From: Tortispora ganteri
Lineage: Eukaryota
Length of the DNA: 64,000 nt
Assembly (NCBI GenBank): GCA_003707115.1
Contig: PPNB01000011.1
Span: forward strand, 124,001 to 188,000
Reading direction: 5' to 3'
The position numbers and the translations under genes are program-made. Shown one piece after another: positions 10,534 to 19,978 of this stretch. A model generated the notes under the pieces. That model made no database searches. It was given only the letters and a program-made list of their open reading frames with translations, and was not told the origin of the DNA. Position 1 is the stretch's first letter. Each line of letters opens with the position of its first letter.

Positions 10534-11379
10534 TCATAAGGTCTTTAGACGCTTAGGGGTGAACTTCTGATCGAGGTCATTCGCTGCTGGAGCGGGTATG
10601 TCATAAACGTGGTTATCGGAGTCACAGGAATCGCGTGGTGCAACAGATATTTTTGCGGAGAAATTTGTATTGTCTGCGAGTTTATCTTTGGGTATAGGAG
10701 TTGGCTTCTGGACCGATTTAACGGGATCCGGTGTGAACGGAGATGTGCACTCAGTGTCGTTATGAGGGCAATCTGCGGGCTTTTCAGGTGGCGGGTCTGT
10801 TTGGTTTGAGCTGAGAAGGTCTGATAGATGTTCGGTGTCAATTTTGGTCGAAGAAAGCGTGTATACGGAAGATCTATTTGCCATTTTTATGTAGTACTCT
10901 GTAAGGACCTCTGGACGGGGTACTATCCGGAAATCGACCTGTTTCAGGAGCTCGAGTTCAAGGATGTTAAGCTCATGCACTGTAATACCACCGATCTTTG
11001 CGTAGTATTCATTAGAACAGAATGAATCGCAGAGGCCCTTGCTGGCTATTGTCGCGGCAGTAATGAGGAATCTGTGAATAGTGAGGCTGTTTAGGGAGAA
11101 GTGTGGACACTTCGAACAGAAGAGATCAACCAAAAATACAATAGATAAAAGTATAGACTTCTCTAAGGAGCAGAACCGATTTAGCCGCCAGAGATAGTCC
11201 CTGATAGAAATAGCAGGGGCGGCACGGGAATGAAATCTAGTCAACTGTGCTTCCTTGTTAACGAGCTGGTCATTAATGGAGACTAATTCTGTAAGCATTA
11301 ATGAAATGAGTTCTACAATATCAATTGACTCAGCTTCTGAGTAATCATTTGGTAATATTTTGGTCTCTTTATTGCTCAT
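10534..11379 (-). CDS. PHO80: Pho80-type cyclin (Pho85 partner)
   Basis: LTRFHSR..P.ISI.DYL and SLTIHRFLITAATIASKGLCDSF motifs. Start set at the first ATG (MSNKETK, 11379) instead of the TTG at 11451. Confidence 0.88.
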   Translation of the reverse strand: MSNKETKILPNDYSEAESIDIVELISLMLTELVSINDQLVNKEAQLTRFHSRAAPAISIRDYLWRLNRFCSLEKSILLSIVFLVDLFCSKCPHFSLNSLTIHRFLITAATIASKGLCDSFCSNEYYAKIGGITVHELNILELELLKQVDFRIVPRPEVLTEYYIKMANRSSVYTLSSTKIDTEHLSDLLSSNQTDPPPEKPADCPHNDTECTSPFTPDPVKSVQKPTPIPKDKLADNTNFSAKISVAPRDSCDSDNHVYDIPAPAANDLDQKFTPKRLKTL

Positions 11380-11525
11380 TTCTAGTTCCGCCACATGCAC
11401 ATCCTGCAGAACTATGATGTAGTCCAAAATGGGTGTGGGTGTATGATGCAAAAAAAGGTACTGTAACTGTTGCCTAAAAGGGTAATATGTGCGGCTGAAC
11501 CTTTACCTTTCGTCACCACCAAAAT

Positions 11526-11960
11526 ATGGATGCAGAACATGCCCGGTTTCTATTAGACGCTGCTAATCTTGTCGCATTTGAGTATCCGCATTTTATCGAC
11601 TATTCCTGTGAATTGATTTCTTGTGCATTAGAGGCTGCAAATGCATCAGGTTTGTCCGAGATCGATGCATACACTTTACAGGCATGTGCACGCTGTCGAG
11701 CACCTTTATTACCGGGCAAATCCTCTACGGTTCGTATACGGTCGACGAAGAAGGCCAGAGGGAAGAAGCAATTGGTTATAAAGTGCAGTAATTGTTCTTA
11801 CGATACAAGAATGTTGATCCCGTTAAAACTTTTACAAAAACCTCTCGTTCAAGAAATGAAATCTCGCAAGAGGAAGAAAAACAACTCTTTACAAGCTGCT
11901 ATGAACGCTAAACAAAAATCACAATCAGGATTATCATTACTCGATTTCATGAAAAAGTGA
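11526..11960 (+). CDS. RNase P/MRP zinc-ribbon subunit (Rpr2/Rpp21/Snm1 family)
   Basis: CARC...LLPG...CSNC zinc ribbon, basic tail, and a C-terminal LSLLDFMKK as in Snm1-like fungal proteins. Confidence 0.75.
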   Translation: MDAEHARFLLDAANLVAFEYPHFIDYSCELISCALEAANASGLSEIDAYTLQACARCRAPLLPGKSSTVRIRSTKKARGKKQLVIKCSNCSYDTRMLIPLKLLQKPLVQEMKSRKRKKNNSLQAAMNAKQKSQSGLSLLDFMKK

Positions 11961-11982
11961 TAGCATAAAATGTGCTATCTGA

Positions 11983-13566
11983 TTATTTTGTCTCGCTGAC
12001 AGACTCGTCGTCTGACTCAAATTCTAAGACCTCCATGTTGCTGAAATCTGAACTGTCAGAGTACTCAGTGACATCATCGTCGACTAGATACTCATCTAAC
12101 TCAGATTCACTGTTTTCATAATCTTTTGATTCAATGTATGGTGGTATAAGGTCCAGGGGAACAGTGTCGAACTGATAGTAAGGTGCGAACTTGTTTTCCA
12201 TATCCAGCTGCCTGCAGAACATCTCAGTCTGTAGACTTCTATTGAACAGCTTCAGCTCATTATCAATATAGTCTTTGACAATTTTTTTATGAACTTTGTT
12301 GACATTGCGGCCCTTTTTGACGGCCGGAAACACACCCTTACCTTGTGGCATGAGCTGGTCGCGATAGCTGATGACTCCAAGACGGCCCTTGTCGACGATA
12401 TTTGCGATAACCCACTCCTTGTTTTGCTTGAGCTTGCTTTGGAAATCGGCGCTGTTTGTGTCTGGGAGCAGCTGTGGGTCCATACTCAGCGACAGGTATT
12501 CGTTCATGGTTTTGGTAATTGCAAGCCACTCTGTATCGTAGAAGAGTTTCTTTGATCTGACTATTTTCGACTCAAATTCGTTCTTACCAATAAGACTTGC
12601 CATTTCTCTTCGTACTATAGTTGGATTTCTTTTCTGCATTTCTTTTGACACTCTCACAGACTTCGCGTGCGTTTTTAAGTGTTTATCGTAATCTGGACAT
12701 TCCAACGAAAGAATTTCGCTAAATTTGCGATTCGGTAAACACTTATCTAGCGCGAGGAACTTGGTCGTTGTATCTGTAGTATCTGAACGTATACATGCAC
12801 CACTATACAGATCTATTTCGTTTGGGTTTTGGCTAAAGCGGATATTAGGGTCATTGTGCGGGAACTCTGCAGTGAACCGGACATGCATGTGCGATCCGAG
12901 CCATAAGGATGGCCTAAGATGTTCCAGTAACAATCTGTGTGCGGGATTACCGAGCTTTCCGGTTTTTAAGTCTGTTTTAAAAAAGGGTTTCTCTTTTAGT
13001 AGCTGTTCAATGTCACCGAACTGCGCGATCCCCTGCGGCCAGTCATGGGCCATAAACACATCCATACGATCCTTTATTAGCAGCAATTTCATCACTTCGA
13101 ACTGTCTTGTGTGGTAGGCAGACCGCAGCGCGCCCCTCTGGAACTTTTCCGCGATCTCACCGTGACCCAAACGGTAGTGGTCCGGCTGCCATATACCTGA
13201 AATGCCACCGATCCGCAAACCTTTGAAGTTCACCACACCCGCAGCTCCAAGATAGTATATATTCTTAGCCAGCCATCCTCCGTAAAAAAGTTCCGACATA
13301 TGATTACTTGCCTCATGGTTCCCACCAATAACAATAGTCAGAACAGGTGCGGCTTTCGGTCCAATATAGTATTTCCTGAAGTCACCTCGTTTTAAGTATT
13401 TTGGTGGTACAGACATGCAACGAAGATCAATGTCGTTTCTGACAGCTTGGAAGTCACCATTGACAAGAATTAAATCAATACCCCGTTTTTTCTTCGCTAT
13501 TTCAAAAGCCCGGTCTAGTTCACCATGAACGCATCCCTGCGACATCACCTTTAATACTCGCGGCAT
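11983..13566 (-). CDS. DBR1: RNA lariat debranching enzyme
   Basis: GCVHG, GDFQAVRN, GGNHEAS, HDWP, HMH and TKFLALDKCLP motifs. Confidence 0.95.
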   Translation of the reverse strand: MPRVLKVMSQGCVHGELDRAFEIAKKKRGIDLILVNGDFQAVRNDIDLRCMSVPPKYLKRGDFRKYYIGPKAAPVLTIVIGGNHEASNHMSELFYGGWLAKNIYYLGAAGVVNFKGLRIGGISGIWQPDHYRLGHGEIAEKFQRGALRSAYHTRQFEVMKLLLIKDRMDVFMAHDWPQGIAQFGDIEQLLKEKPFFKTDLKTGKLGNPAHRLLLEHLRPSLWLGSHMHVRFTAEFPHNDPNIRFSQNPNEIDLYSGACIRSDTTDTTTKFLALDKCLPNRKFSEILSLECPDYDKHLKTHAKSVRVSKEMQKRNPTIVRREMASLIGKNEFESKIVRSKKLFYDTEWLAITKTMNEYLSLSMDPQLLPDTNSADFQSKLKQNKEWVIANIVDKGRLGVISYRDQLMPQGKGVFPAVKKGRNVNKVHKKIVKDYIDNELKLFNRSLQTEMFCRQLDMENKFAPYYQFDTVPLDLIPPYIESKDYENSESELDEYLVDDDVTEYSDSSDFSNMEVLEFESDDESVSETK

Positions 13567-13585
13567 TAGTGTAGTAATCTGTGAG

Positions 13586-13604
13586 TAGGTTTAGGTTAGG
13601 TTAG
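13586..13604. promoter_or_regulatory. TTAGG-type short repeat in the 58-bp DBR1/DFG10 bidirectional promoter
   Basis: TAGGT TTAGG TTAGG TTAG lies between ATGs at 13566 (-) and 13625 (+). Function is inferred. Confidence 0.4.
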
Positions 13605-13624
13605 TTCTTATACAACCTTCATAT

Positions 13625-14356
13625 ATGGACATATTGATACTGTTGATTAGGTCTTATTTCGTTATTGGTGCATTATCTGTACTTTTGGCTGTATTTATAC
13701 CACATCTTCAGTTTCTACTTGGCTATGGTAAAACAATCAACTTGTCGGAATCTACAAATGCCTCAAGACCTTGGTACCTTGCGATCCTGGCTCTACAAGT
13801 GCCAAAATCCTGGTTCGCGCACTTTTATGTTGTCGCTCTGCTTTTATCAGCTATATGTTTCTATTTATGTCAATCTGCCGCTACATTAATAATGCTAATT
13901 CAAAGTCTCAGGAGGTTTGCCGAAACTCATGGTTTCATACCATCTGCTCCTTCAAATGCACACATTTACCTGGTCCAGTACCTAGTCGCTTTGGGGTTCT
14001 ATGTCGCTACACCTCTGGCGGTCCTACTTTCCGTACCACATTGTACACTTTCTTCTATTAGTTCAATTTTCATCATTCCTGCGCTGGCAATGCAGTTATG
14101 GCAACATTCTCTCCACCGATACTTCGCTTCCCTCAAGAAATACTCCTGTCCTAACACCCTTGTCGCATGCCCGCACTACCTTGCCGAAATACTTATATAC
14201 ACCTTCATAACACTTTCAGCGCCCTCTCTCACTACTCTTTGTTGTTTGCTGTGGGTCGTTACTAATCTCTCTGCCTCGGCATATCAGTCATACACTTACT
14301 ACAAAAAACACTTCAAGAACCCTCCAGGATATGCATTGATTCCTGTTCTTTTCTAA
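13625..14356 (+). CDS. DFG10: Polyprenol reductase (SRD5A3 family)
   Basis: Hydrophobic protein with LLGYGKT, VPKSWFAHFY, ACPHYLAEILIY and WVVTNLSASA motifs. Confidence 0.9.
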   Translation: MDILILLIRSYFVIGALSVLLAVFIPHLQFLLGYGKTINLSESTNASRPWYLAILALQVPKSWFAHFYVVALLLSAICFYLCQSAATLIMLIQSLRRFAETHGFIPSAPSNAHIYLVQYLVALGFYVATPLAVLLSVPHCTLSSISSIFIIPALAMQLWQHSLHRYFASLKKYSCPNTLVACPHYLAEILIYTFITLSAPSLTTLCCLLWVVTNLSASAYQSYTYYKKHFKNPPGYALIPVLF

Positions 14357-16438
14357 TTAGCGGTATACACTGTCAGCAACCTTCACCACGTCTGTCATCG
14401 CATCTATCGCGTGTACCCGTACTATATCGAACCCCTTCTCGATACTTATTGTCACAGCAGCTCCGGTACCAAAGTCTCTCTCTGATGCTATCTCTTTCCT
14501 CGTGAGACTACCAATGAACCCCTTTCGGCTCGGTCCACTCAGCCATCCGGCCACGCCCTGCAGTCCCGGCCGGCTCTGCAGCTCCTTGTGTCGTCTAATT
14601 AGCTCTAGCGACTGCACGCCGTTCTTGGCAAACCCGTATCCGGGATCCAGGATGATATTCCATCTATAAATTCCATTCGCTTCAGCTTTCTTAATCTGTT
14701 CCTCAAGCTCTTCTCCGACTGCTTTCACCACGTCGTCGTAGTCCACTTGGTCCTTCATCGTCTGTGGCGTGCCCCGCATGTGCATGAGCACATAAGGACA
14801 GCCCGCAGTAGCAACTACATCCAAAATTGATGCATCCATTGTGCCGCCAGACACATCATTGACGATATCTGCGCCAGCCTCCAGCGCTTCCTTCGCCACT
14901 GCACCGTAGTAAGTATCAACAGATATTGGTAATTCTGGGAACGCTTCTCTGAGCGCCTTTATGACCGGCACAACGCGGTCTGACTCTTCTTCAGCTGAGA
15001 TCTGGGTCGACTTAGGGTGCGTAGACTGCCCTCCGACGTCGACAATGAGCGTATCACCGGCTTTGTCTATGTATTGCTGCACTGTGTCGCGTAAGTTTTC
15101 AATTTTGAGAGCTCCGCCGTCCGAAAACGAATCGGGGGTCGCGTTCAGTATAGCCATGATATACGTTTTATGTCCAAGCGACAGCACGCGTCCGTTTGAC
15201 AATCCAAGACTTTTGTTAGGCAGTGCGTCAGTAGATGTAGCTTTCAACTGTGCAGCGTATGCACTGTAGAGTCCACCTTCTATCGGATGTCTTCCGTTTG
15301 GACAGATATCCAGCAATGGGCACAAAACAAACAATCGTTCAAGCATGCGCTGGTGCGGTATAATGAGGTCGCCCTGCTCCGGTGGTAAATCGATTTTTAC
15401 GCCGTCGTAGAGCAGTATGTCCAGATCAACCGTTCTCGGACCGTTACGTATACTTTTCACACGAGAAAGCACATTAAATTCAACTGCTTTAAGAACTTTG
15501 AGTAGTTGCTGTGGCGTGAATGTGGTTTCGATCTTTGCGACACCATTTAAAAACGTTGGCTGGTCCAAGTAGTACATAGGCTTGGTTTCGTATAATGCTG
15601 AGACTTGCTTGACATTTATTTCTCCGTTAGTAAATGATTCATCGAACAATTTGGCAATATGTGGACTTTGGAGCGTGTCGAGAGCGCATTTGATGTTCTC
15701 GAACCTGTTGCCGAGATTTGATCCAAGTGCTAAGTACGCTATATGCCGGTCAGAATGTTTGTTCACAAGAGAATTTGGCCGTAAAATAGACACACCAGCA
15801 CAGTCTGCTTGTGCTACAGCGTTAGGTTTGCGTACAGATACTTGCACGTCGGTTGCAAGCGGGAATGGCTGAAGGCTGTCTGCTATGTGTTCAGCTAGAG
15901 CCTCAACGGTTTGAAATTCTGAAGACTCTACTAGTTCAAATACAGAGTCTGCTATTTGACAATGATCTGCGTATTCGTAAGCTAGCGATTTAAAGATCAC
16001 AGAGACCACAACAGGCTGTCTGCGGAGTCTCTCAAAAGAGTACACTCCGATAATTGTGTTGCAGAATATATCTGCGATCTCCAAGGTCATAGTTCCATCG
16101 GTGTACTTATGTAACTTAAGAGTACCATGTAGTAAAGCTTTTGGAAGTGTCAGAGACATGTTTGACTTCGTCACAGACGTCGAATATACGTTTTCCGACA
16201 CTTCCTTCACAAAAGTGTATGGTGAAGAGTACTGCTTGGTTTGTGCACCTTCGAGGATAGACTCAGCAAGTTCGCCATAGTGGACAGTGTGAGGAAGAGA
16301 ATCAGAGCTTGCTGCACGAGTCAGATCAGTTATAAGGCTGATATTTAAAGATACAGGTTGTGGAAGAGGTCTGGCCCAGCAATCAGGGCCTATATTAGCG
16401 GAAAACCGCAATTCTTCTAGTACGACTGCATCGTTCAT
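14357..16438 (-). CDS. FOL1: Trifunctional folate enzyme (dihydroneopterin aldolase x2 / HPPK / dihydropteroate synthase)
   Basis: Two aldolase repeats, HPPK (AYLALGSNLG, GPRTVDLDILLY) and DHPS (MAILNATPDSFSDGG, SRKGFIG, IVRVH). ATG at 16438; the frame stays open to at least 16624. Confidence 0.96.
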   Translation of the reverse strand: MNDAVVLEELRFSANIGPDCWARPLPQPVSLNISLITDLTRAASSDSLPHTVHYGELAESILEGAQTKQYSSPYTFVKEVSENVYSTSVTKSNMSLTLPKALLHGTLKLHKYTDGTMTLEIADIFCNTIIGVYSFERLRRQPVVVSVIFKSLAYEYADHCQIADSVFELVESSEFQTVEALAEHIADSLQPFPLATDVQVSVRKPNAVAQADCAGVSILRPNSLVNKHSDRHIAYLALGSNLGNRFENIKCALDTLQSPHIAKLFDESFTNGEINVKQVSALYETKPMYYLDQPTFLNGVAKIETTFTPQQLLKVLKAVEFNVLSRVKSIRNGPRTVDLDILLYDGVKIDLPPEQGDLIIPHQRMLERLFVLCPLLDICPNGRHPIEGGLYSAYAAQLKATSTDALPNKSLGLSNGRVLSLGHKTYIMAILNATPDSFSDGGALKIENLRDTVQQYIDKAGDTLIVDVGGQSTHPKSTQISAEEESDRVVPVIKALREAFPELPISVDTYYGAVAKEALEAGADIVNDVSGGTMDASILDVVATAGCPYVLMHMRGTPQTMKDQVDYDDVVKAVGEELEEQIKKAEANGIYRWNIILDPGYGFAKNGVQSLELIRRHKELQSRPGLQGVAGWLSGPSRKGFIGSLTRKEIASERDFGTGAAVTISIEKGFDIVRVHAIDAMTDVVKVADSVYR

Positions 16439-17029
16439 TCTATTGTGTAAGAACCTTAAATTCGATTTATAAAAAGTATTTCCAATATATTTACAAGTAT
16501 AGCCAAAATTGGCTGATTTGAATCGATTTAGCGCCAGTTTGTGCACTTTTCGCTGAGAGCACTTGTAAATAGTTAAGTAAGTAAAGTAGTAGAAAAGGTT
16601 ATTTTGATTACTACCTATTGTCAAACCTCAACTCACAGTACAATGCTCGAAAAATGAATTCTTATTCTACTGTAGTGAGTCTATTGATACGATTATTTTA
16701 CTTTTTTAAAATTATTCTTTTAAGACGATAATGGATCATTGCGGAACGTAACTTGCTGCAGAATAGCTGTCAGTGCACAATAATACTTCGTTGAGAGTTC
16801 AGCTAACAATATATATTTTGACGATCGCGAATAAAGGAAATGCAGAAACCTAGCTGTTGTTATAACTACAATCTCTTTGTTATTCTAATTATAGATGTTG
16901 CCGGTTGTTTCTTGTAATTGGATATCTCAATTGCTCTTTCGATCGCGCTTATAAAGGCAACCATTATGCATATTATACAATCTCCAGAACACGCTAAATG
17001 TATGCATGTGAAACAATAAACTCTGAAAA

Positions 17030-17161
17030 CCGAGGTAGATTATCTGATCTGACAATACTAACTAAAAATAAGAAAATCCGGGGTACCCTTTTAAAATATA
17101 AATTAAAGTTTTGCATTGCCTCGGTGTCAGTGCTATATTGGGGAGGGCAGATGTGGGGGAA
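17030..17161. promoter_or_regulatory. Putative FarA/Ctf1/Por1 sites (CCGAGG 17030-35, CCTCGG 17119-24) and TGTGGGGGAA (17152-61)
   Basis: Motifs read directly upstream of the SKL-ending gene. CCTCGG is the established core site of fungal FarA/FarB fatty-acid regulators. Confidence 0.55.
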
Positions 17162-17277
17162 AGAAAAAAGGCAAGGCCATTTTATATTTATATAAGGGGT
17201 ACTGAGCCTGCTTTTATTTGTTTTCCCCTCTTAATAATCTTAAGAAATTATAAGACTGCATTAAACAAAATATAACA

Positions 17278-18345
17278 ATGTCTATCTCAACTGAAATTAC
17301 ACAACTATTTAACATTAAAGCACCCGTAATCCTCGCGGGAATGAATGTAGCTGCCGGACCGCGTTTGGCCGCTGCTGTGACCAATGCAGGTGGACTTGGA
17401 GTCATCGGTGGTGTTGGTTACACTCCTGATATGCTTCGCGAGATGATCCGCGAATTGAAATCTGATCTAAAGGATAAGAATGCACCTTTCGGTGTCGACT
17501 TGCTTCTTCCTCAAGTCGGTGGCAGTGCCAGAAAAACTAATAAGGACTACACAAATGGCCAGCTCCCAGAACTTGTCGACATAATAATTGAAGAAAAAGC
17601 CGCTTTGTTCATATCGGCAGTTGGTGTTCCCCCTAAGTGGGTTGTTGACAAGCTACACGCTAATGGCATCTACGTCATGAACATGATCGGCGCACCCAAG
17701 CATGCCGCAAAAGCCCTCGCTGTTGGCGTCGACATCATTACCGCTCAAGGTGGTGAGGGTGGTGGTCATACCGGCTCAATTCCTACCAGTATCCTCATCC
17801 CTGCGGTTGTGGACGCCGTCAAGGGCCGCAAATCCCCGTTGTCCGGCAAACAGGTGCCGGTTGTCGCTGCTGGTGGTATGTACAACGGCCGCTCGCTGGC
17901 TGCTGCTCTTTCATTCGGTGCTCAGGGCGTCTGGGTGGGTACCAGATTCATCTGCGCTGAAGAAGCTGGCGCCTCTAAGATGCACCAGGAAAAGGTCCTC
18001 ACTGCCTCGTACGACGATACCATTCGTAGTGTCATCTTCACCGGCCGTCCCATGCGTATCAGAAAAAGCCCTTACATTGTTGACTGGAATGAGAACCGCC
18101 AGGACGAGATCAAGGCACTTACCGCGAAAGGTATTCTTCCCTGGGAATACGAGTATGAGCGTCTCGAGAAAGAGGGTAAGCTCACAGAGGAGATCGAGGA
18201 CCAGGCTGTCCCGTACCTCATGGGCGAGGTCGCAGCTGTTGTGAACGAGATCAAACCTGCTAAGCAGATTGTTGACGAAATGGTCGCCGAGGCCGTAGAG
18301 AGCATAAAGAAGCTGAACAGCTACATCGGTCGTTCTAAGCTTTAA
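17278..18345 (+). CDS. Nitronate monooxygenase / 2-nitropropane dioxygenase family flavoprotein, copy 1 (PTS1 -SKL)
   Basis: LAAAVTNAGGLGVIG, QGGEGGGHTG, AAGG and GVWVGTRF motifs; ends GRSKL. Confidence 0.92.
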   Translation: MSISTEITQLFNIKAPVILAGMNVAAGPRLAAAVTNAGGLGVIGGVGYTPDMLREMIRELKSDLKDKNAPFGVDLLLPQVGGSARKTNKDYTNGQLPELVDIIIEEKAALFISAVGVPPKWVVDKLHANGIYVMNMIGAPKHAAKALAVGVDIITAQGGEGGGHTGSIPTSILIPAVVDAVKGRKSPLSGKQVPVVAAGGMYNGRSLAAALSFGAQGVWVGTRFICAEEAGASKMHQEKVLTASYDDTIRSVIFTGRPMRIRKSPYIVDWNENRQDEIKALTAKGILPWEYEYERLEKEGKLTEEIEDQAVPYLMGEVAAVVNEIKPAKQIVDEMVAEAVESIKKLNSYIGRSKL

Positions 18346-18736
18346 ATGACAGCATTGGGCTAGGGTCGCAGTAGCACTATAATCTCTGAATCGATCAATT
18401 ATGCGTACCGTAGAAGCTAGGAAGTTATAGTGCTTCCCCGCATGCCGGAGATGAAAGAAGCATCTACTATTGCAGTGATCGGCCGATGTCGATGACGCTG
18501 TATCATCCAATTGAAAGAGGTTAGAGCGTTTTTTTTTGGCTGCAAAATCTCAGGCTATAGACGTATATGGCTCGTAGAGAGCAAAAATGAAAGAATCCGA
18601 CGCGGATTTAGCTTTAATAGGTATGCGGCACCAATCAATGTGCTCCCAGGCGGGCTCGCATGTGGAGGGGCAGGAATCGTGGAGAGACTATATAAGGCCA
18701 GATTGAGCGGGGATAGGTGCCGCACAAAAGAACATA

Positions 18737-19801
18737 ATGTCTATTTCGACGGAGATTACTAGAATATTCAAGATCCAGCACCCTATAGTGCTGGCAGGAA
18801 TGTATGTGGCTGCGGGGCCGTATCTTGCAGCTGCAGTAACGAACGCCGGCGGTTTAGGCGTAGTTGGTGGACTGGGGTATACCCCCGAGCTACTGCGAGA
18901 AACAATTCGTGAACTCAAGAGCGCACTTAATGACAAAAATGCTCCATTCGGCATTGACCTGCTACTTCCGCAAGTTGGAGGGAATGCACGCAAGACAAAC
19001 AAGGACTATACGGGGGGAACGCTGGGCCAACTGATCGACGTAATCATCGAGGAGAAGGCGACACTATTTGTCTCGGCAGTAGGTGTTCCACCTAAGTGGG
19101 TTGTCGATAAATTGCATGCCAACGGGATCTACGTGATGAATATGATCGGGAGCCCGCATCACGTCAAGAAGGCTGTCGAGGTCGGCGTTGACTTGGTGTG
19201 CGCGCAAGGCGGTGAAGGTGGTGGTCACACAGGCTCTATTCCCACGAGTATCCTTGTACCTGCGACTGTAGATGCAGTAAAGGGTACTAGGTCACCATTA
19301 ACTGGCAAAGAGGTAGTTGTGCTAGCAGGAGGCGGAATGTACTGCGGCAAATCGCTCGCAGCCGCACTGGCTTGGGGCGCGCAGGGCGTGTGGGTTGGCA
19401 CGAGGTTCGTCGCCGCAGAAGAGGCCGGTGCACCGACAATCCATAAAGAGAAGGTTCTGACCGCCGGGTTTGACGATACAATACGATCACTGATCTATAC
19501 GGGACGACCTGCACGTGTGCGCAAGAGCGACTATATCGTGAACTGGAACGAGAACCGGGTCGATGAGCTGCGTGAACTTACTTCAAAGGGAATTATACCA
19601 TGGGAGTACGATGAAGAGAGATTGTCAAATGAGAATAAACTGACTGAGGAGATCGAGGATCAAGCACGACCTTACCCAATGGGCGAGGTGGCTGCCGTTG
19701 TGAACGAGATCTTGCCTGCTAAGCAAATCATTGATGAGATGATCGCTGAAGCTATCAAGCATATCAAGGATGACGTCTCATATTTGCGTCCACGGCTCTA
19801 A
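18737..19801 (+). CDS. Nitronate monooxygenase family flavoprotein, tandem copy 2 (C-terminus -PRL)
   Basis: Colinear with copy 1 over the full length (39 of the first 50 residues identical); ends LRPRL. Confidence 0.92.
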   Translation: MSISTEITRIFKIQHPIVLAGMYVAAGPYLAAAVTNAGGLGVVGGLGYTPELLRETIRELKSALNDKNAPFGIDLLLPQVGGNARKTNKDYTGGTLGQLIDVIIEEKATLFVSAVGVPPKWVVDKLHANGIYVMNMIGSPHHVKKAVEVGVDLVCAQGGEGGGHTGSIPTSILVPATVDAVKGTRSPLTGKEVVVLAGGGMYCGKSLAAALAWGAQGVWVGTRFVAAEEAGAPTIHKEKVLTAGFDDTIRSLIYTGRPARVRKSDYIVNWNENRVDELRELTSKGIIPWEYDEERLSNENKLTEEIEDQARPYPMGEVAAVVNEILPAKQIIDEMIAEAIKHIKDDVSYLRPRL

Positions 19802-19978
19802 TAGTACTTTATATATGTATTGTGTATATAATATTTACTCGCTACAAACTAGAATTGTACAAATATCACCATTTGACCATTAAACAGGTGTTAATTATCC
19901 CCATAGTTGAAATTGCCCTCTTCTCCCGAAATGTTGTAATTTCCCATCCCCAATTGCTACTAAGTGACAACACATCTA

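Noticed and set aside
16625..17277. Hidden small gene or ncRNA in the AT-rich FOL1-NMO gap
   Set aside because: No convincing ORF or splice pair; the TACTAAC at 17056 has no matching acceptor. Best explained as divergent promoters.
18791..18793. Possible alternative yeast code (CUG-Ser/Ala)
   Set aside because: CTG here aligns with CTC (Leu) at 17332 in the paralogue, and CTG at 44626 encodes a conserved Leu in DLD2 GLRLLRYG.
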